From assembly GCA_965237955.1 (NCBI GenBank), contig OZ250169.1:256001-320000 (forward strand): a DNA stretch of 64,000 bases, written 5' to 3'. The stretch is from Candidatus Marinacidobacterales bacterium. Its GTDB lineage: Bacteria; Acidobacteriota; Vicinamibacteria; Marinacidobacterales; SMYC01. Below the pieces are notes generated by a model. That model had not been told where the DNA came from. It was given only the letters and a program-made list of their open reading frames with translations, and ran no database searches. Shown here one piece after another: positions 42,149 through 49,981 of the stretch (position 1 is the first letter of the stretch; the number at the start of each line of letters is the position of its first letter). A program made the position numbers and the translations under genes.

Positions 42149-42382
42149 TCTCAGGTGTACCGTCTGTGGCTCCGTACGCTACGGCAGAGGAGCCAACGAC
42201 ACCGGATGACCGGGGAGCGCATGAACCGTTTGGCCGACCGCTGGTTTCCACCTATTCGTATTTTGCACCCGTACCCCGAACAGCGACTGCGCGTCATGAC
42301 CTGAGGTAGGAGCCCAGTGTGTTAGCAGCGCTCGCTGGGATCTGTGCGGGGGGCCGCCCGTAAGGGCGGTCCCTACCGCGAA
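42149..42382 (+). mobile_element. group II intron 3' remnant (maturase tail, domains V-VI)
   Basis: WLRTLRQRSQRHRMT...RILHPYPEQR*, then ggagcccagtgtgttagcagcgctcgctgggatctgtgcgggggg...ccctaccgcga. Confidence 0.85.
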
Positions 42383-42507
42383 GCTTTGGCCGAACTGAAA
42401 GCTTTATTTAGAACGTACTCACGTATACACTGCACCTCCAAGCTGGGGTGTGTCTGCGATGGGTTCCGGCAGTCTATGTTTCGGACAATCCCTTGCTTGG
42501 ACTTGTC

Positions 42508-43740
42508 ATGCCTCTACCCGCCCAACTACTCAATGCTGTGTCTTCACCGGGCGGTGGAAAGATCGCTATCGTGGTGGGTGCCGGTTGTTCGGTTGAAGCA
42601 CCGACGTGCGTTCCGGTGGCACGCGACTGCTCGGTGGAAGTGCATCGGCGTCTCGTTGCGAATGGCGTGCTCCAGAATAGTGACTGCCCTGATCCCACTG
42701 ACCTGTCGCTGGTGGCTGATGCAGTATTCGCGAAGAAGCAGTCGCAGCGAGACGTAGTCGAATTACTTCGCGACCAGTACGACCTAAAGCTGGCACCCCC
42801 CAACGACGGGTACCGCATCGCGGCAGCGATGCTCTGCGAGGGCGCCGTGTCCTCCATCCTTACCCTCAACTTCGACCTTGCCCTGTCGAACGCGCTCAGT
42901 GAGCTTGGTGCTGGGCACATGGTCGGAGTAATTGAGTGCCCAGAGGATTTACCGAGGCAGAAACGCATCAACGTTTACTACCTTCACCGAAACGTCAATG
43001 CGGCGGATCCGGAATCCTGGGTGCTTCGTACCTCCGCCCTCAATGACGATTGGAATAACACTTGGTGTCAGGTTGTCACCACCAGTGTACTGGCGACGCC
43101 CGTCGTAGTGTTCGCTGGAATTGGAAGTCCAGCGAGAGTACTAATCGAGAGCGCGAAGCTGATTCGCACCGTGCTGCCAGTAACGAAGAATCTTTTCCAG
43201 ATTGACCCCGCTGACCGGGCTGTTTCGAAGTCTTTTCAGGAATTGGCACTTGACCCCGGCAACTACATCCAATGTGGATGGATCCGCTTTATGGAGGAGC
43301 TATCCGAACGTCTGTCGACTGAGCAAGTCTTTGAGCTTGAACAAGCAATTAGCCGCAAGGTTCGGGAAGAAGCACTTCTTCAGACCGAAGATGTCACCAA
43401 CCTCCTGGCGTGTTTGCGTAATCTTGGCCTTGTGAAGCTCGGAAAACTTCGGGCACACTGGCTTCTGTACGAAAAGCCGTATTACCCAGTTAACTTAAAC
43501 GGCAACGGGCTGCTAGCCGACCTTCTGTTGGCCTTGGCCATGATAGCCAGAGTGTCGGGCACAGCAGTGATCATTATTGAGAACGGTCTCGTGGAGTTTC
43601 AGCGCGACGATCGAGTCGTCGTCACCTATCTCGTTGCTTCTGGTTGCGGTCACCTGTGCATCATCAATATCCGTCCGCTCCTGAAATCAAGGACTTACGC
43701 ACCGTTCACGCCTCGGCCAACGAGCGCATCTCCCGCTTGA
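42508..43740 (+). pseudogene. SIR2-like domain protein, C-terminus cut by IS at 43655
   Basis: IAIVVGAGCS, ILTLNFDLAL, YYLHRN, VVFAGIG. Confidence 0.7.
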
Positions 43741-43773
43741 GATCCCGGTCTTGAGACGGCAAACTCTGCCGCC

Positions 43774-44823
43774 ATGCTCCGTGTCCTCATCTTCCTCGTC
43801 TCACTCGGCGCCCGTGCGATCCGGGCGATGTGTCGGCGCCGAGCCGACCTCGTGATTGAAAACCTGGCCCTGCGGCAGCAAGTTACGGCGTTGAAGAAGG
43901 AGCGCCCCCGGCCACCGCTCAAGGACACGGACCGAGCATTCTGGGTTGCGCTCCGAAGCTCGTGGCCAGCGTGGGCGAGCCGGCTCGTTATCGTGAACGC
44001 CGACACGGTCGCCCGGTGGAATCGAGATCGGTTCCGCCGATACTGGGCTCGGATCTCCCGTCCGCGCTATCCAGGTCGACCTCGGATTGATGCCGAGATT
44101 CGTCGTCTCGTCCGCACGATGGCCCAAGACGGCTGGGGTGCACCTCGTATCCACGCTGAGCTGACGAAGCTCGGATTCGTTGTCAGCGAGATGACGGTGT
44201 CGCGATACATGCCGCACCGCCGAGCCGAACCCGACGAAGTGAAGCGATGGATTGCGTTCTTGCGGAACCACAAGGACGACATCGCCGCGATGGATCTGTT
44301 CGCCGTACCGACGGCGTCGCTACGGCTGCTGTACGGCTTCTTCGTCATCGAGCACGGCCGTCGCCATATCTTGCACTTCAACGCGACGTACAACCCCACG
44401 TCAGCGTGGGTGATTCAACAACTGCGCGAGGCGTTCCCATACGACACGGCACCACGATACTTGGTCTTTGACCGCGACGCGATTTTCAGCCCTGCAGTGG
44501 TGGAGTTCATCAGGGCCATGGGCACAAAGCCTGTTCGCATTTCTTATCGCAGCCCTTGGCAAAACGGTACCGCCGAACGCTGGATCGGAAACTGCCGCCG
44601 CGAGATGTTAGAGCATGTAGTTGTCCTCAGTGAGCGGCATCTCGTCCGGCTCATGCGCTTGTACATCAGCTACTACCACGAGGACCGTTGCCACTTGGGT
44701 CTCGACAAAGACACCCCGAACTCAAGACCCGTCACGCCCCGACCATCACCGACCGCAAAAGTCGTCGCGTTGCCGCGAGTGGGTGGGCTCCACCACCGCT
44801 ACGAATGGCGCGACGCCGCCTGA
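43774..44823 (+). CDS. integrase-core (rve) transposase, intact; element left end at about 43655
   Basis: 349 aa; WGAPRIHAEL, AAMDLF, FDRDAIF, PWQNGTAERWIG, VGGLHHRY; end ctgtgcatcatcaatat. Confidence 0.9.
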   Translation: MLRVLIFLVSLGARAIRAMCRRRADLVIENLALRQQVTALKKERPRPPLKDTDRAFWVALRSSWPAWASRLVIVNADTVARWNRDRFRRYWARISRPRYPGRPRIDAEIRRLVRTMAQDGWGAPRIHAELTKLGFVVSEMTVSRYMPHRRAEPDEVKRWIAFLRNHKDDIAAMDLFAVPTASLRLLYGFFVIEHGRRHILHFNATYNPTSAWVIQQLREAFPYDTAPRYLVFDRDAIFSPAVVEFIRAMGTKPVRISYRSPWQNGTAERWIGNCRREMLEHVVVLSERHLVRLMRLYISYYHEDRCHLGLDKDTPNSRPVTPRPSPTAKVVALPRVGGLHHRYEWRDAA

Positions 44824-45075
44824 GCCAGTTTAGTCGCTGCGCGTCGATTGCTGGGGTCCCTCGCGATTGCGTTGTCCAGCTCCGCGGCCCATTGATCGCG
44901 TGATCTCGGCAAGTGCCCGCGCGCGCCGACCCGGGTTTCTTCGTTCGTCGTAGGGCCACCAGCGGTACCATTCCCGCTGGATCAATAATGATGAAGGACA
45001 GGTCGGTCAGCCGAGTTTTCTTTAACTTGACAATGCCGCTTGGGTGCATCGGTCGGGACGGCTCGTCCTCACTTC

Positions 45076-45084
45076 TGCTATGAT
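45076..45084 (+). promoter_or_regulatory. extended -10 element (TGnTATGAT), possible leaderless promoter
   Basis: tgctatgat lies 6 nt before ATG 45091; no SD sequence seen. Confidence 0.4.
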
Positions 45085-45090
45085 GCAACT

Positions 45091-45351
45091 ATGAGTACCG
45101 CTCATACCATCCTGGATGAACTCCTCGAGCCAGTCGGTGCTTGTCTTACGCCGGCGGTCGCAGAACGACTAGCGCAGCTCCGTGCACCTGCAGCGGTACA
45201 GGCACGAGTCGAAGAGCTCGCCCTGAAGTCCGAAGAGGGTGCCCTTTCCGACACGGAGCTAGAGGAATACGAGGCGTTCGTGTCCGTGGGCAACTTTATC
45301 GCAATTCTTCAGTCTAAAGCTCGAAGGCTTCTCACAGAACGCCCTGCCTGA
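45091..45351 (+). CDS. small acidic helical protein, antitoxin-like partner of the HNH nuclease
   Basis: 86 aa, QARVEELALKSEEGALSDTELEEY; stop abuts the HNH start. Confidence 0.7.
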   Translation: MSTAHTILDELLEPVGACLTPAVAERLAQLRAPAAVQARVEELALKSEEGALSDTELEEYEAFVSVGNFIAILQSKARRLLTERPA

Positions 45352-45768
45352 ATGGAAGCAGGCCTACGGAGACTCGTCCGCGAGCGCGCGGGCAATCGCT
45401 GCGAGTACTGTGGCATTCATCAAGACCAAGACGCTTTCTTCACGTTCCACGTCGACCACATTGTCGCGAGGCAACACGGTGGGAAGACTGAAGCCGAGAA
45501 CCTCTGTTTGAGCTGTTATCGATGCAATTCTCACAAGGGGCCGAACATCGCGACCATCAATCCCAACACTGGCGAGATCGTTCGGTTGTTCCATCCGAGA
45601 CAGGATGACTGGGGTAAGCACTTCGAGTGGCAAGGTGCTCTGCTTATGGGTCGCACTCCCATCGGCCGAGCGACAGTCAAGCTTCTCGTAGTGAATCATC
45701 CTGATTACGTTCTTCTTCGCGAATCGCTTGTGGAGGAAGGGACCTTCCCACCGAGTCGGACTCCCTAA
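45352..45768 (+). CDS. HNH endonuclease
   Basis: CEYC, HVDHIVARQHGG, NLCLSCYRCNSHKG, LFHPR, GRTPIGRAT. Confidence 0.9.
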   Translation: MEAGLRRLVRERAGNRCEYCGIHQDQDAFFTFHVDHIVARQHGGKTEAENLCLSCYRCNSHKGPNIATINPNTGEIVRLFHPRQDDWGKHFEWQGALLMGRTPIGRATVKLLVVNHPDYVLLRESLVEEGTFPPSRTP

Positions 45769-45857
45769 GGACGAGGTCGACGGGTCTCGGCGCGGACCGA
45801 CCAGAGCGCGTAAGCTCTGGTCACATCGTGGTCGCGTTTTCCTGGGAGCGAGGAAAA

Positions 45858-46129
45858 GGGCCGAGTTTTGGCACAGGACGCGACCAGCGCGCCGTTGCCT
45901 CGAGGCCAGTCCTTGGTGGGCTCCATCACGATTACCGGTTGTCACGCGTCGCCTGACTGACCTAGCTTCTCGCAGCGAACAACGCGTTCTTTCTCGAGCA
46001 CGTTATTGCGTCGGTGGCCTGGCGGCGACAGCGTTCAGAATTTCCACCGCGTCGAAGACGAGTTCGCAGGACGTTGCTCTCATGGCTGTCTGCCCATCGA
46101 TACGCGATCTTCTTTTTTGCGGATCACAA
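45858..46129 (+). mobile_element. abutting integrase-core IS end remnants
   Basis: ttttggcacaggacg end, then reverse-complement match to 12339-12590 ending ttttgcggatcaca. Confidence 0.75.
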
Positions 46130-46172
46130 CCTACCTACTAACTCCTTCAGACGGTCTCTCGTGCTGGACGAC

Positions 46173-47288
46173 TCAGGGAGCGGCGGGTCCGATATTTTCT
46201 GCCAGAAAATCTAGCGTTGCAGCGTCGCGGAGTCGACACACGACGTTCTGGTTCGCGAAGATCCCCGGCTTGGTGTACGCATCGGATACGGAGACAGTCT
46301 GAATCCAGCGTACGGCTGCCAGCCACTCGCACTTCTCTGGATCGTCGCAGTTATGCTTCAGGCCGGGTTGGCTGAGTTTTGCGTCGAGTATCGTACCGGT
46401 CTCCCCGACTTTGAAGTCCTTTACCGGCACGGCCTCGGCCACGATCTCACCCAGCCCAACGTATCCCGCGCCTTTCTGATACGCGTAGATCCTGTCTCCA
46501 GGCTGCAGCTTCCGTAGTGAGCTGCTCCATTTATGCCCGCCGCCGGCCGACACGAAACCGTATCGGCGGAAATCCTCCCAGCTTCGCGAGTTTCCTTCGG
46601 CGACGTTTACGTAGAAGTAGCCGGTCCAATCGCCCCGGATTCTACGACGCTGTGCGATACCCTTCTCTCGGATCCGCACTTGGTAGTCGGCAGCTTCGGG
46701 CAACGGGATTATCTGCTGCACATCAAGTAGTACACGGGCTCCGAGTCGGTAGGGCGCAATTCGGATGCAACGGATATCAAGGTCGCGCCCGCTGAGCCAC
46801 ATCACGGCGGTCGTGAGCTCTCGAGAGAAGTCCTGGGCGACTAGCAGGAGTCGAACGTCTGAGGCGAAGCTCTCCTCGTCGACATCGTCCCACGCGAGAA
46901 AATCAAGAATCTCCTGCTCTGGGTCGGTGTCCTTGCCGTCGAGCGTGAGGACTCCACGATAGGCTTCTACCGCTTGCGCGAAGGTCATTGTCGAAACCAT
47001 CGCCGCGTACCGGAGGGCCTGCAATTCCATGTGGCCACCACCTTCGGTTCTCTTCAACTCAATCACCACTAGATTGGCGTTCCGGTCAAGGGCGAGCAGA
47101 TCGATGCGACGGCGACTTTCTTCCCAGTTCCCGTACTCTTCCGCGATCACTAGCAAATCTGGGTCCAGAACATCGATTCGCGACCTGAGAATTTTTTGTA
47201 GGTCCTTCCTCTCCTTTACTCCCTCGGCGATGAAGGAGGTCTCCGGCAGCTGGACGATTTGGTCTTTCTCAAGTTCGAAGATGCTCAC
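46173..47288 (-). CDS. NucS-like PD-(D/E)xK nuclease fused to an EVE/PUA-like C-terminal domain
   Basis: ERKDLQ, RRIDLLALD...VVIELKR, QALRYAAM; C-terminus WEDFRRYGFVSAGG...LQPGDRIYAY..GYVGLG. Confidence 0.72.
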   Translation of the reverse strand: MSIFELEKDQIVQLPETSFIAEGVKERKDLQKILRSRIDVLDPDLLVIAEEYGNWEESRRRIDLLALDRNANLVVIELKRTEGGGHMELQALRYAAMVSTMTFAQAVEAYRGVLTLDGKDTDPEQEILDFLAWDDVDEESFASDVRLLLVAQDFSRELTTAVMWLSGRDLDIRCIRIAPYRLGARVLLDVQQIIPLPEAADYQVRIREKGIAQRRRIRGDWTGYFYVNVAEGNSRSWEDFRRYGFVSAGGGHKWSSSLRKLQPGDRIYAYQKGAGYVGLGEIVAEAVPVKDFKVGETGTILDAKLSQPGLKHNCDDPEKCEWLAAVRWIQTVSVSDAYTKPGIFANQNVVCRLRDAATLDFLAENIGPAAP

Positions 47289-48235
47289 GGATCACCTCTG
47301 CAAGACACGATGACGCTGCCAGCTTGTCGACCTCACGAATGAACTCCACGTAGAGCGTTGACAAGTAGCTCCCACGCAGCGGTCTTTTCACCATTTAGCG
47401 ACACGTTGTTTGGTGTGAGAGCAACGTTCTGTGAGGAGAGCGTAAGGCGTTGACGGTGTTATGGATGAAAAAGTCCGCCTCGTTGGAGCCGATGCAACTC
47501 GCCGCGTTGACGCTGCATGCTTTATTCTCCCATGTTCCCCAGACAAGACAGGTCGGCTCCCAGCGCGGACGCCAAGCCCGTCTTGCCGCCGCCACGGCCC
47601 AGCGTGAGCGCCGCTGTCATCCCCCCTGGCCGTGCGGACGGCGTTCTCGAAGTCGAAAAATTCCTCTCCGACTGGAGCGACGCGGAACGGCGGTCGCTAT
47701 TCGCACAACTCCAGACCAGACTTGATGATAGGGTGGATACTCTTGCGGGTTATCGACAATGGTGGCCAGTTCTGTGTCACACCTTCGATGCTGATCTTTG
47801 ACATCTCATCGTCGCTGAGGCTCTCTTCATTCCGAAGCTCAACCTTGCAGGATTCAGTAAGTTCATTCTCGCGTGCGGTTTCCTTCTCGAAGAGCTCCGC
47901 AAACCGATCCATACTGAAGTCTGGGTGGCCGGCGTCCGTTTCTGGGAACTCAGCTTGGGCCTGTTTGGCGGCGGCGTCTTCACATGCAACGATGTGTCGA
48001 AATATGCGACGGCGTGATGGCTCATCGAGCCGTTGGACAGGTGGACTTGTCCATCATCATTATTAGTCCGGGACTGGACTCCAGGCCCGGAGCGCCCTCG
48101 ATCCCATGCTTGAGAGCGTGGTCAGCGCGCGAGGGAAGATGCTGAGGACGAACTTCTCGGCGACCAGCCGAGTAACGCGAGCGACCAAGCTGACTCAGGC
48201 TGCCTCTCGCCACTCGTATCGATGGTGCAGTCCAC

Positions 48236-48425
48236 TGCCTTGATGAACTCGATGACCGCAGCGTTAAAGATGAAGTCGCGGTCGAAGATGAGATATCTCG
48301 GAGCGGTGTCGTAGGGAAACGCCTCGCGTAGTTGCTGAATAACCCAAGCAGACGTCGGGTGGAACGTGGCGTTGAAGTGAACGATGTGCCGACGACCGCG
48401 TCCTGTGCCAAAATTCGGCCCTTTT
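48236..48425 (-). mobile_element. integrase-core remnant plus IS end
   Basis: HFNATFHPTSAWVIQQLREAFPYDTAPRY matches the 43774 ORF; cgtcctgtgccaaaatt end. Confidence 0.75.
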
Positions 48426-49089
48426 GAAATAGCGTCCTGAGCGCCTGCGCGGTGTCTTGCCTCCAGGTCGAAGATTGGAACTCTTTTGACCGGAGAGGGG
48501 CAGAAAACCATTCGTGGGCTCCGAATGGAACCCCTCACGTGCTGCTCTGAGATTCCCCCTATCGATAGTTACCACATGGGGAAAACGGCCCGAACAGCCC
48601 CAAATGGCCCGTTGGTGGCCTATTTTTTCCCGTTTCTGATGGTTTCCAGCCAAGAACCCGGATAGCTCCACTCGCCCTCGCTTGAGCCTGCCGACTGCGA
48701 TAGCCGGAAAGGTGTTCCCGTCGACGCCACGTCGGTCGATGAGGCGTAAGATCCGTTAATGGTAGTTATTTACGGCCTGGACCGCCGCCGGAGGGTTTAC
48801 GACACGGCCCTCTTTCAGGCGCCAAGGAGGTTGAGGTTGCCGTCGAGAAAAGCGTATTGAAGCCAATTCGAATTCCGGCTCGAATGGCCACCCGTCCATG
48901 AGGTGTGCGGGGACCGAGCACGTGAAGGCAGCCGTTAAATCACTGTAGAAAAAGAGGATAAAATGATGTGGACACCACGGCTTCTCTGAGTATTCGCTAC
49001 ATTGCCCCAACACGCGCATGGCGAAAAGGGCGATATGACTCGCAAAACTCGCAAAACCCCCCCGTATGGGCCAGGACGTAGGTTCCGAC

Positions 49090-49801
49090 CTGTGCTTCGG
49101 GGTTTCCAGCCGAGACCGGATAGCTCCGGACTTCACCATCCGCCACCCAGTCTGGCCAATTGTGGCACTGCAGAGACGGGTGAGATTTTCCGCGCCGTTG
49201 GCGCGGTTTTACAGGATCAGGTGGCACCAGAGACGCGCTAGAAGGACGGAACGGGCCTCATTTTCGGTATTCGTCTCTAATCCCGATTTTCGAGTGCCAC
49301 GTTTGCGCCAAAGGGAGGAGCGGGCCGCTGACAGGGCCATGCAGCGTCGGAAAAGAAGCCCCACCCGAGGGGTCCAGAATCAAGGCCAAGGCTACCGTGG
49401 CGTAGCCGGCTAGCACGTTCTGGTCCAGGTGCGGCCCGGGCCTCCTTGATGTCCATCTTTCCCCAGGCCTGGATCCAGGCCTTCGCCCGGGAGCGTGGCG
49501 TCCCGTTTCTGGACGGTGTTTCCCTGCCACGCACGGGGGAACCCGAATCGCCGGCCGCAACGTCACCCTCCAAGGGGCATTGGTGTCACCTCGTTCGAAT
49601 AAGCGAGTATCTCCACGACCGACTAGGGACAACCCTGGCGTCCAGAACAAATAGGCCGGATATTCGAAAACAGTCGCACGAGCGAGCCTCTCCACGTTCA
49701 TAAGACGCCGGTGGCGTCGGCGGGTCGACCGGTACGGAGCAGCCGATCGTGGCAGGTCTAAACCGTGCAATCAACGCTGGATCGACTTTTTGCGGAGCAC
49801 A
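49090..49801. repeat. non-coding repeat module copy 3 (longest)
   Basis: Aligns with 36960-37400 and 33234-33588; ends ttttgcggagcaca. Confidence 0.8.
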
Positions 49802-49981
49802 ACTCAGGGCACTATCCCCAGCGGGCGTTCCATGGTTGGAAGGGCAACCTACAGATTCGGTATCAGAATCTGCTCGTAAACCCTTTGGCTCCCATGAGCT
49901 GCGGCCAGTGGTGCCAACCTGGTGCCTAGCATATTGGCGTGATCTGCGCGTGCGGGAGCCCAGGGACCCCCGCCGCGAAAT

